Shown one piece after another: positions 12,350-23,793 of a stretch of 64,000 nt of DNA; within the stretch, counting starts at the first letter, position 1; every line of letters begins with the position of its first letter. The stretch is from Cenococcum geophilum (lineage: Eukaryota): the NCBI GenBank assembly GCA_050273025.1, contig CP158635.1, positions 2,356,001 to 2,420,000 of the forward strand. Reading direction: 5' to 3'. The notes beneath the pieces are model-generated. The model saw only the letters and a program-made list of their open reading frames with translations. It searched no databases and was not told where the DNA came from. The position numbers and the translations under genes are program-made.

Positions 12350-12609
12350 ACGGCCTACCCAAACAATAACCACCCAAGGTACTCCACACGTCCGCGATAC
12401 AGATATATCAACAAAATAGCCTTATTAATCTTATATAGCTGCTAAGTTTTATCCTTTCTATAAATTTTAGTTTTTATATAGAGTATAAAAGGCTATTTTT
12501 TAAGTTTAAATATCTAGCACTTAATATTATAGTAGCTATTCTAGTATTTTTAGAGTGGCTATTATAGATCTATATAGGTTTTATATATATTATCTAGCAT
12601 TTAATAAAG

Positions 12610-13400
12610 TAGGGGGCTGTAAAACACAATTATAGAATAGAATAGATTATAGAGGAGATAAATCCTTAAGGAGGTAGGGTCTCTAGAATTGTAAAGACAA
12701 TATACTATAGACATATAGCTTTAGTATATAACTAGCGACTATCTAAGCGGCGTTTAGGGGTTGTTTTAAGGGTAACCTAAGGTAACTGCAATAATATCCC
12801 TTATATTAACCCCCGCCCCTCTTTATAGTTAGCCCTTAATTGCTATTACCTTATAGTATAGGGAGATTATAAGGGCTTGTCTCGGAAGGGGTTCGGAGAG
12901 ATATTAGTATACCGCTATATATTACCTATCTATCTAACCCCTACTTTAAACTCCTAAAAACCTTAATAGGGAAAAAATATAATAAGAAAAAAGACGTACG
13001 GATTATTAAAAGATCGATTAAACGCCTACCGGAAGTATACTAGTAACTACCTAAGTTAACCTAAGAATTTTTATATAAATCTACTTCTAAGCCTTTATAC
13101 TAGTCTGTAATTAATCGCGAGTATTATAGGTAACTTAGTGTTTTTAGTATAGTTCTATAGAACCTTTTATTATAGGATTTAATATATAGGGCCTTAGCTT
13201 ACCATCGTTTTTAACTATTAAGATATAATCTTTATAATCTGTAATCATTTTTTATAATCCCCTATATTACTAATATATTACTCCCGCACTTGCCTTTAGG
13301 CTATTATATATAGTTAGGTAATTAATTAGTTAATTAAAGAGACTTATATCTTAATATTTGGTGTATATACTTTTAGTAAAATCTCCTTAATACAATATAG
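12610..13400 (-). mobile_element. Truncated Gypsy 3' end (partial LTR, PPT, 3' UTR) related to Gypsy-4
   Basis: 12611-12805 aligns to LTR 52674-52888 (...gcaataatatcccttata); the following sequence aligns to 52890-53450. Confidence 0.85.
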
Positions 13401-14375
13401 GGTATATAACGGTACCCTCTATATTACGATCTATACCCTTTAATTAAGCCTATTTTGTTGTAATATTACAATAATCTAACTTTTGCCAATATTGTTAAGT
13501 ATCTATTACTAATATCAGTATAAGCAGATTTTAATTTATCGGATTTAACCTTTGCTTACTATAAGTTTAGCTATTAAATCTATTATATAACGATTAAAAT
13601 TCATTAAAATTACCTATAAATCTTACTCTCTATACTTAATTCTATCTTATTTATTATAGTAAGATATTAAAATCTTATAAGGTAACGCTGTTATGGCTTT
13701 ACTAATTATAAGCGCTAGAAAATACACGCCTACTACCAAAAATACCTCGGTCTACTATAATTAGAGATTACTTACTACGTAAGCAACTTCCTTTATCACA
13801 ATATTAATTAATCCTTAATATTAGAAATACTAAGCGATAAATTCTAACAGCTTAATTAAGCTAAATTATAATAAGGGTAAAGTATATAAGAGCAAAAGAA
13901 AGTTGCCAGACATCCTCTTTTAGAGGAGGCTCTCTTTAAGTAGCACTAACGCCTATAAAACTATCGAATTTCTATTACTGGCGACCTTATATATGCTGCC
14001 GCTACTTAATTATAGTAATAAATACTTATATTGGCTATGACAATTAAGCTAAAGTAGTTACTTAGCTGGTTAGAAGGCTTTAAATCTTATAATGGTATTT
14101 ATAAGAGAAAGTAGCATAGTAAGGCTGCCTTAGCTAATATAGATAGAGTATAAAATTGCATAGTAGAGCTTTAAGTAATTACTAAGCCTTATTTACTAAA
14201 GGATATTTGCAATATAGATAAGACGGGGCTATTTTAGAAGGCTATACTAGATACTATATTGGGTACTAAAGCTCTATTAAGAATAAAGAAGTAAAAGGTA
14301 TAAATCTCTTTAAGCAATTGCTCTAATATAGATAGATTAGATAAGCTTCCTCTTCTTATAATTAGCTTATTACTA

Positions 14376-14801
14376 ACGTAGTCGGTAAGCAAGTGGGCCA
14401 TGCAAGCATCCGGGCCACCGTAAAACCCCACCAAAAAACCCAAAAATCGGTCTTTAATATCTTAACAACGGCTTAATAATAAATTATAAAATTTTATAAT
14501 TAGACTCTTATACTTACTTTAAGACCTTTATTAGAGTTTTAGAGTAATTACTTAAGCCATTATTAATATATTAAGATTTAGCTCTTAAATCTAAGCCAAA
14601 TTATTATATCTTAAGAACCACTTATTAAATTACTTTAAAACTTTAATATAGGTCTTAAGGTAAGTATGAGAGTCTAATTATAAAATTTTATAATTTATTA
14701 TTAAGCCGTTGTTAAGATATTAAAGACCGATTTTTGGGTTTTTTAGTAGGGTTTTGCGGTGGCCCGGATGCTTATATAGCCTACTTACTTACCGACTACG
14801 T
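14376..14801. mobile_element. Fot1/pogo-type MITE (426 bp) with long TIRs
   Basis: acgtagtcggtaag...cttaccgactacgt termini; inverted arms of about 150 bp; flanked by TA at 14374-14375 and 14802-14803. Confidence 0.92.
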
Positions 14802-14889
14802 TAAAGATATATTACTTTTTACGTAATTAAATTAATATAGCCTTAATAAATATTATATAAAGGTATAATAAAAAGGCCTAGATAATAAT

Positions 14890-16558
14890 AATAATTCATT
14901 GCTTAATGTCCGATTTGGATCCCTATTAGGCCCACGCGGACTACTCCTTATATACATATAGGGAGAAAACTCTATTTAAGAAAACCCCGTAATCCATCTC
15001 CCCGCCTTATAGGACTCGCCTATGAGGCGCCTGCGAGGCGCCTGCGAGTTACCTGTAGTGCTCCTACTACTTTACTTTTTAACCTCCTTAGGAACCACTG
15101 CTGCCGTAACAAGCCTATAGACGCGCTAGTATCGCAAACTTTACTCTACTGCTATAGAGTTATTAGGGGGCACCTGTTGCTCGCCCCCCTGCCTTCTATT
15201 ACCATTTTCTTTATAACCTAGAACTAGTTTAGTATATTTTAGCTAATAAGCTACTAGGTAACCGCCTTAAGGCCTTTTTGTATTAAGAGCAGTGTCTTAT
15301 AGTTCTCTATGCCAGCTATTAAGAGCATTACTTCTTAGTTAGTACGTAAGGGGCATAGCAGTATTACGTGCTTTAGTGTCTGTCTTAGCTAGCTATATTT
15401 GCATCTCGGGCTACCTACTAGGACACCCACCCAGTAGAGCCAGTCTTTTAGTCCTATTACTCCTGTTCTTAAGAGTATTGCCATTATATTTTCTGCCTTT
15501 ATTAGGCCTTCTCAGAGCCCTAAAGTGTTTACCCCCTATGGCGTTAACCATACTACGGCTTAGGTTCTTTTTGCCTTAGTTAACCTCTGTACCTTTAACT
15601 CCTATACGCCTCTCCAGCATTAGTCCAGCCAGTATTATATTACGGTAGTTGGTTTCCTAGCGTTCTTTTATACTTTACTTTGGCTCTTTTCTCTCTCTTG
15701 CTATTGTCCTTACTAGCCTCTTACGCGTCTCCCTTTCTCCTCTATATAGGCCTGGGCCCTAAAGCAGCACTATTTTTCTTCTACTTTCTTTACCTATTTC
15801 TCTAATATATCTTCCCTACTTTGGGGTTATTAGTTTGTTCTCCTATAAGGCGCCCTAGGGTCCCTCTATAGTTTATTTAGGCGTGTCTTAATATACTTTA
15901 TAACATTAGAGTTACGTTCCTTTTACGCCCTTTATATTATAGCGGCTTTAATATATAGTTGTAGGGGGGGAATATTAGCTTCCTTCTTAAGTAGTACTGT
16001 GGCCGTTTGCTTATATCCACCTATTATACTCCAGAGGCAGGCTGTTTGGACCTTTTAAAGTAGTTTAAGGAGCGATTTAGGGGGGCCTTTCTTAGATTCT
16101 CTAATAGCCTAAATACTGGACCTATACGTTATGGTTGGCCGGACAACTGCTATATATAGTAGGCGTGACCTCTAGAAGCATGGGCCCTATGTAGAATTAA
16201 CGATCCTAGATAATGCGATATACTATGCTTGGCCCTTATAGGCCGCTTAGGCCGCATATGCGCTCTACCGGAGCTTACTATCTACCTATACTCCTAATAC
16301 TTTTAGGCCCTAAACTGGCTGACCCCTAAAGCCTTAGATGCGAATTATATACTAGAGATCTATAAATTGGTTGCGTTTTCTTATAAAATAGATTAGCTAG
16401 TACTTCTCTAGTAAGAATTAGACTCTATATTGTCTTGCCCATTCTATATAGGTATTATAAGCTTTCTCTAGCGTTCTGCAATTCTCTGCGGCTGTTGGCC
16501 CGTATGTAATTAGGTTTGTGTTGTTAACGAAGCCTATCCCCTAGGTCGCCCCTTCCTC
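14890..16558 (-). mobile_element. 5'-truncated Tad1-like LINE (family B)
   Basis: De-RIPed RT motif GFVDDTNL...WARQHGVQFSPEKY ~16400-16535; C-terminal Cys/His finger ~15360-15405; 15-bp TSD ggcctagataataat at 14875-14889 and 16559-16573. Confidence 0.88.
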
Positions 16559-16743
16559 GGCCTAGATAATAATGGTAATTATATTTAAGCGGCTTATCTA
16601 GTTTAATAACAAGACGTATAGGAGGAAGATACTGCTCTTAATTAACGGCTTAAGCGCCTATAAAGCAGCCGTTTAAATACTTATTAAGAATATTTCTTTT
16701 AAAAATACACGTATAGAGTTCCTTCCTCCTAATTATACCTTAG

Positions 16744-16952
16744 TATTACGGGAGTTACCCGCATACATTCGTCCCGTAACACCTACGCACGTTTTATAAT
16801 TACCCTTATTTCTTTAACTATATTAACCTAACCTATTCTATTCCCTATCTAAATGTCTTTATATTAACTACGCATAGTTACGCGTACGTAGCCTTCTTAA
16901 TTACTACTCTGTTTAGTATATTGTATTTTAGTTTATACTTACTTCCGTAACA
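16744..16952. mobile_element. Solo LTR (209 bp) in the pogo DDE domain
   Basis: t(a)ttacgg...ccgtaaca termini; TSD cttag at 16739-16743 and 16953-16957. Confidence 0.88.
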
Positions 16953-17416
16953 CTTAGTATATTAGCCTCTTAATTAAGGGATAATTGTAAACTTTAAGCT
17001 GCTTTGCTGGTAATACTAGCTGCGATTTATAGGAGAGGTCTCGCTTTAAGATAGGAATCTAATTAAGTAGATATACGTCTTATAGATAATTTAATAGTTA
17101 GGTAAAGTTTAGAAGTATAATAAAGCCTTATAGGAAATACTATAGTAGACTTGTTAATAGGCTAGGCATATAGGTAAATAAGAAGTCAATAACGTAAATA
17201 TAACTAATAAAGTAGGTTGTCTAATAGATTAACTCTAATTATATTCTAAGATTTATTATAAAGAAGAGAACTATCTAAGTAGGGACTATGGTCTTTTAAA
17301 TATATAATACTGCGCCTAAGAAATATACTAAGTATATTAGTAGATTACGTTTCTATATTCTTATATTTTTATATTCCAAACTTATAATATAACTAGCTAT
17401 ATAATTTAGGTACTCC

Positions 17417-20400
17417 TTTTTTTTTTTTTAGGTCCATTGTATTATACTACGTATAATACTGCGCATGCAGCCTCTAGGCTATGGCGCTATAGCTCTATAT
17501 ACATAAATCCTTCTTAGGTAGCTTAATATATACTAGTAACTATATCCTAGTAGTTTATAGCTACTTAGTAAAAATACTAGGTTACTAATAACTATTAGGT
17601 AATAAGAAAACAATAGAAAAGATTCTAAAAAAATAAGAAATCCTAACGCCTGTCCCTGTCCTTTTATAAATTATTTCTATCCTTTTGCTCCCTATTATCT
17701 ATCTACTAAAAGCCTAGTAGGAGTTACCTCCTTCTAAAGATCTTACTGCTATTAGCTACTTTCTAGTAGCTATTTCTGTCCTGTCTAGGAATAGAAAAAG
17801 AGCTTCTCTTCCTTTTTTTATGCAAAATAACTTCTTTAGAGAGAGAGAAGAGCCTAGTTACCTTTATATATTCTTTCTCTCTTCTTTATATAGGCTGCAG
17901 TCTAGTAGTAGGTACTTAGGGGTTTATATAGCAGTACATTCTCTAAAGCATCTACCTTCTTTATCCTTTCCTATTGTTCTAGAGAAGGATTTAAAGAAAC
18001 CCTTTCCTAGTTTTAGCTGGAAGAAAGCTAATTATAGCTTTTTAGGATATCTATCTTTAGGTGCTTTAAGAGAAAAGAAATAGCTTCCTTTACAGATCCT
18101 AGTATAGTGTTTTCCTTTATTTTTGTTCTATTGCTAATTGTTTTTCCACTATTCTAGTATCTTCTCTCTTGCTACTCTCCCTATATAGGATAAAGAAGTA
18201 TAAGAAGACTTTATTTTTCTTCTAGAGAGACCCTTTTTAGCTAGTTTATCTACTATTTCGTTTCTATAGATTCCTAAGTAGCTAGGGACCCAATAGAAGT
18301 TAATAGAGATACCTTTACTAGCTAAATAGGAGCAGCTTTACGTAATTTTAAAGACTGGTTCTTGCCCTCCTATAAGAGAATTTAGCTGTAATCTTTTAAT
18401 AGCCGCCTGGCTATCTATAAAGATATAAACCTTTTTCTCTTTTAGTCTTTGTTGCTTTAGGTATTCTAGGGCCCTATAGACTACGTAGAGCTCTGCGTTT
18501 ATAGTTTCTATATAGGGTCCTAGGTTCCAATTTATTGTATATTTAATCCTATTTCTCTCTCCTATTTTATATACGGCTGCCATACTTAATTTGCTATCTT
18601 TAGAGCTATCTATATAGTATATATCTACTAAATCCCACTCTAGGGAATCTTGTAGATTTTCTACTAGCCTTAAATATTTTTGTGCAGCTTCTTCCTTACT
18701 ACCTCTTAAGATAGAAAAGAATGCAGAAATAGGAAGAAACTACGGTTTTTGCTAGTTTAGAGAGATTCTCTCTATTTTCTAGTTTTAAATTAGCTGCTAA
18801 ACTCTAGAAGTTAGAGATAGCAGCTGTATTTTTGGCTGTAAGAGGTGCTTTATAGTAGAGTTTTTAGGGCTAGAGTTAGAGCTTAAGCTAGCTACTAGTT
18901 CGTCCTTATCTTTATTAATCTCTTCTATATAGACCTTCTTAATTACGTGGTTTTCCTTAAATTTTAAGATCCTTAGTGTATAGCTATTGTAAAGCCTTTT
19001 AAATCTAATTCTAGGAGGAGGAATAGAAGCTTCAACCTCCATAGCCTGGCTAGGAGATCCTCTAAACGCTTCTAAAACTAGTTTTAGGGCCTTATTTTAT
19101 AGAGCTTGGTACCTAGCTAGTAGGTAGTCTCTAGATTTGCTTTTCCACCAGCATTATATTCTATAGTCTGCTATAGTAGTAATATAAGCTATATAGAGCT
19201 GCCGTAGGGCTTATAAAGATAGACCTCTTTATATATTTCCTAGTCTTCTAATTAAATAGAAGGAATCTTTTACCTTAAAGATTCTTATTTCTACATATTG
19301 TTTAAAAGTAAGCTTAAAGTTTAGAAATACCCCTAGCTACCTAACTAGGGGTTTAGGGGATATTTCTACGTCTCCTAGCTTTAGCCCTTCTTCTATAGTA
19401 GTACGTTTACTATAGAAGTGTATAAGCTCTATCTTGCTAATATTAAAGCTAATAGCCGCTTCCTTAGCTCTAGATATTAACTTTAGCGCTATTCCCTTTA
19501 GCTTTTTGCAATTAGATTTAGCCGAATTTAAAGTAATTATAATTGCAAAATCGTCTATATAGCTAAGGGAATAGGCTCCTTCTGTCTTTAGTCTGTAGAT
19601 ATTACGTATATATAGTAGGAATAAAATAGGGGATATAGGTAAAACTTATGGTATCCCTGTTTCTATTTCTACTTTTTCTTATATTTACCCATTAAAGGAG
19701 AGCTATAGCTTTCTATTGCTAATAAAGGTAGCTACCTATTATATAAACGCTATAGGTAGTCCTAGTTCCTTACAGACCGATTAAAGTTAGTTTGCAGAAA
19801 CATGGTTAAAGGCCCCTTTTACGTTTAGAAATAATATAATAGCTATCCTTTGTCTAGCTTTTTTCCTATTATTTTTTAATTAGATATTATTTAGGAGTAG
19901 TAAAACTGCGTTAATTACGGACCGCTGTCTTCTTCCTCCTAGTTATGTCTCTTATAGTAGGCTAGTAGTACTAGCTAGATATCCTAATCTAGTAGTAAAG
20001 ATCTTCTTTAGAGTCTTTCCTAAGCAGTTTAATAAGGAGATAATTCTATATAACTTTAGTAGAGAATAGTCCTCCTTATTTACCTTAGGGAGAATAACTC
20101 CTTAAGCTTCTCTCTAGACTTTTGGTTAATAGCCTAGGGTAAATAAAATCCTATAGATTCTATATAGAAGATCTTCTATAATAGGGTAGGCCTTTTATAA
20201 AATTGTAAAGGATAGCTTATCTAGCCCTAGGGCTTTTTTACTAGAGCTAGAAAAGATTGCTTATTTAACTTCTATTTTCTCTAGTTCTAGCCATTCCCAT
20301 TTACTATCTATAGTATAGTCCTTTTACTCTATAGGGCTAGTGGAAGGGGGTTTAGGGAATAGAGTAGTTAAAAAAGCTTTACACTAATCCTTAAAGCTCT

Positions 20401-23400
20401 CTACTAATCTAGTAGTCCCATCCTTGCTCTACTGTAGACTAGGGATTATTTGCAGCGTTTTCTCCTTTATATATTTTAGGGTAGTAAAGACCTCTTTTCC
20501 TTATGCTTTTTCTAAGAAACTATTCCAGCAGCTAGTTTTAGCTTCTCTTATTGCATAGAAGTATTAATTTTTGGCTTCTTTATAGGCTCCTAGTCTAGAG
20601 CTTTTAGTAGGTTGTTCTTCTTAAAGCCTTCCTAGTTTTGCTATTTTTTTTCTTTTCTATAGAAGCTCTTTATTCCACTATAGTTTAGAGAATTCGCAGG
20701 TTCTAGATTTAGGGATAGCTTTCTTAGCTGCTAGCTTTATACAACTAGTAAGATCTACTACTAGGTTATCTACTTATGTACTTAAGCTCCTATCCCTATT
20801 TCTATATAATTCCTCTAAAGAAGCTAGGGGGCCTTTTTCTCTTATCTCTATATAGGGGTTTTCTCCTACTAGTTCTTCTAGAGCTAGAACCTTTACTTCT
20901 AGTTCTAGTTCTTAAACTAGCTCTACTAACAAAGTAGAAAAGAGCTCCTAATTTACCTTTTTTATATAGAAAGAGGTATCTTAAAGGGGGTTTAGGTATT
21001 TTTACGCCTCTCTAGTAAATAAAGAGAAGGCTATATTTTTGTGGTCTAATTGTTTTTCTTCTATTATAGTCCAATTCTCCTAGGTATTTTCTTAGAAGTT
21101 TCCTAAGTAAAAGGCTAGGTCTATAATAGACTTTTCCCTTATATTAGATCTATAAAAGGTCCCTTCTTACTTATCTAAATTTAGTAGTTGGCAGTTATAT
21201 TTATTTAGCCAATCTACTAGTTCTTTGGCTTCCCTAGTTAGATTTCTAGCTAGTGCGTTCCACCTTATATAGTGTAAGTTATAGTCTCCTATTAGTGCGA
21301 AGGGGAGGTCTAGTTCTCGTTCTAGAATGGCCCTAGAAATAGTAGATATACTATTTCTTTGGGTTCTAGAGTTCTTGTCTAGCTGTCTCTCATTATAGAT
21401 ATTAAATAGTAGAAATCTTTCAAATTGGCCATAGATTTCTAATGCTATAATATCTATATCTTTGCAGATATCCTTCCTATTTCTATATTATAGAAAGCTA
21501 GAGCTAGTCTTTCTTATATAGATAGCTACTCTAGGGTAAATAGCTAAATTGCTAGGGAGGATAAGGTTAAATGCAGGGTGTGGAATAGAGAAGTAGGATC
21601 CTTTTTGTCTATCTTTCCAGGTACTAGGTTCTTATACTAGGATAATATCTATTTTTCTTTTAAATCTTATTTCTAGTAGGGTTTGCTATACTTCTTATCT
21701 TTTTCCTATATTATGTTGTATAAAGAAGATCTCTCCTCTAGCTTTAGAAGCTAGGGAGATTTCTTCTTCTTTTTATATATTACCTTCTAAGCTTATACTC
21801 ATTAATATACTAGCTTAGCTGCTTTAAGAGACTCGTAGTCTTTACTATTAACAAAGTATTTTTCTTTACAGTTAATGCAAAGAGGGGTAGTATACTCGTA
21901 AGGTTTACCTATTATATTGCAGCTAGAATAAGAGTGGTCTTTAAATAGGTGTGCTGCTGTATAAAACCAATAGGCCCTTATAGAGCATCTATCTCCTATA
22001 TAGCCAAATTTTTGGCAGCTGGTATATTATATAGTAGGAGAGACTTCTAGGTATTTAACTAGAAAGTCTACATTGTATTCTTCTATAGTCGTAAGGAAAA
22101 TATTTTGTTTTTCTCTAGTTTTAGCTATAGAAGCTATAACTGGCTTCTCTATTTGCATCTTAGATATAAATAGTTTATTGACTTTGTTTTGTATAGAGAA
22201 GATATCTAGAGGCTGGTCCTTTTGGTCTTTATCTATAACTAGAACTAATCTCCTTTCTTATAGCTGCTTTTTTTTTCCCTAGTAGAAGTAGGGCTTATAG
22301 AACTTGTAGTGCTACTAGCTACCTTACTAGTAGGGGGAACTGAGGAGGTAGGAGGTAGAGAAGAAGAAGAAGAAGAAGAAGAAGAAGAAGAAGAGAAGGA
22401 GAATGACAAAGACGGAGGAGCAAACGTAGACGAAGAGAGGCCCTTCTTTAGCTTTTCCGCATAGGTTTTAGGGGCTACCTCCTTACGGAGGGCTCTTACT
22501 TCTTCTATAAGTCCTTTTAGGATATCTGTCTCCTATTTTTTCTCTTTCTTTTATAGAAGGATTTTCTCCTACTATAATTCTTTATAGGTCGTCCCTTATT
22601 TATTTAACCTGTTCTTTACTTTCTCCTTCTAGCCTTATATAAGCCTAGGTTAGGCTTTCTAGGGCCTTTTATAGGTGTTGTTTTGGAGAAAGAGGGGGGA
22701 AACTTAGACTAGCCATCCTATACCTGGCTTATACTACATTTCTTTTTAAGTTTTAGTTACCCTTTTTAGGGGACAATAGGGGGTGACTTCTTTTTCTTCT
22801 ATTTTCTTTTATAAGAGCTAGAGACGGTTTATCTACTTCTTCTGCCTCTATGTTTTTCTTAGATAGGCAGGGGGAAGATAAAGGAGAAGAAGAAGAAGTA
22901 GATGAAAATTCGTCATCACTTATCTCTATAGGAGGCTTTATTTTAGGCTTAGTAGCCTTTACTATTTCGTATTTTATAGCTTATAGCTTATAGCTTATAG
23001 GGGGGGTTTCCTAGTTTTTTTAGTAGATAATAACCTCCTTAGGTCTCTTATCTCCTTTAATAAAGGTAAAAAACTAGGTAAAAAGCCTTCCTAGTTTTTA
23101 CTATCCTTTTTTATCCTTTTTCCTTACTCACCCTACTAGAGAGTTTCTGGGGAAATTAGACTAAAAGGTAGTAGAAAAACTAGGTAAAAAAGACTATAGT
23201 AGTTATTTTCTTCTCTATTAGAAGTAGAAAAAACTACTAGAAAAAATAACTTGGTAGGCTTTTACTAGCAAAAAAGCTAGAAAAGGCAATCCTTCTCTTA
23301 CTAAGGAAAATCTGACTAAAGGAGATATAGAAAAAGTACCTACACCCCCTATTTTATTAGGCTTTTTCTTTATTAGGGGAAAAGCCTAAAAAAAGTCTAT

Positions 23401-23648
23401 TTTGTAGTTTTGGTATTCCTATCCCTGTCCTGCCTATTTCGCTTATAAGCTAGGACCACCCCTAAGAAAAATTTTCTCTTAGGAAAAGGGGGGTCAAAAG
23501 GCGAATAAATCCACCTCTAGCTCGCTAGGCAGTAGAAATTAGGTCTTAAGAGTTGGAAAATTAATTGTTTTTGGTAGAAAGATGGGTATGCGTAAGTTTT
23601 AAAGTGCGGCGCTACCTTTTAGTAAGATTGCATGTGTGGTTGGGATTC
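17417..23648 (-). mobile_element. Near full-length Tad1-like LINE family A (ORF1; APE, RT, RNase H)
   Basis: Poly(A) tail at 17417-17429; RNase H remnants in the ORF track (AELY, FIDSQAAI, 18338-18583); RT IDDF ~19550; APE GDYN ~21285; TSD taggtactcc 17407-17416 / taggtacttc 23649-23658; homologous to 36171-50721. Confidence 0.92.
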
Positions 23649-23793
23649 TAGGTACTTCTTATTTTATAGCTTAACTAGTTCTAGCGCCTCTTATACTATC
23701 TTAACTAACCTATTTATATCCTTATTTAGTAGTGCGACTACTACTAATATAAGGTCTATAATACTATCCCTCTCCTCTTTATCTTTATTCTTA

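Larger units (their letters stand above)
13690..17300 (+). mobile_element. pogo/Tigger-type (CENP-B HTH plus DDE) transposase relic carrying three nested insertions
   Basis: De-RIPed: HPLLEEALFEW ~13911, ITGDL ~13974, GWLEGFK ~14064, HGEAAS ~14115, NMDETGLFWK ~14210, NKKAW ~14866, LLLIDG ~16632, FLPPNCTS ~16719, QPLDQGII ~16963. TIRs not identified; ends approximate. Confidence 0.85.

Noticed and set aside
11803..12419. Six additional overlapping ORFs
   Set aside because: By-products of a stop-free 12-bp tandem unit; not independent genes.
18338..19042. Two 81-aa ORFs
   Set aside because: Stop-free remnants of LINE ORF2 (RNase H region), not separate genes.
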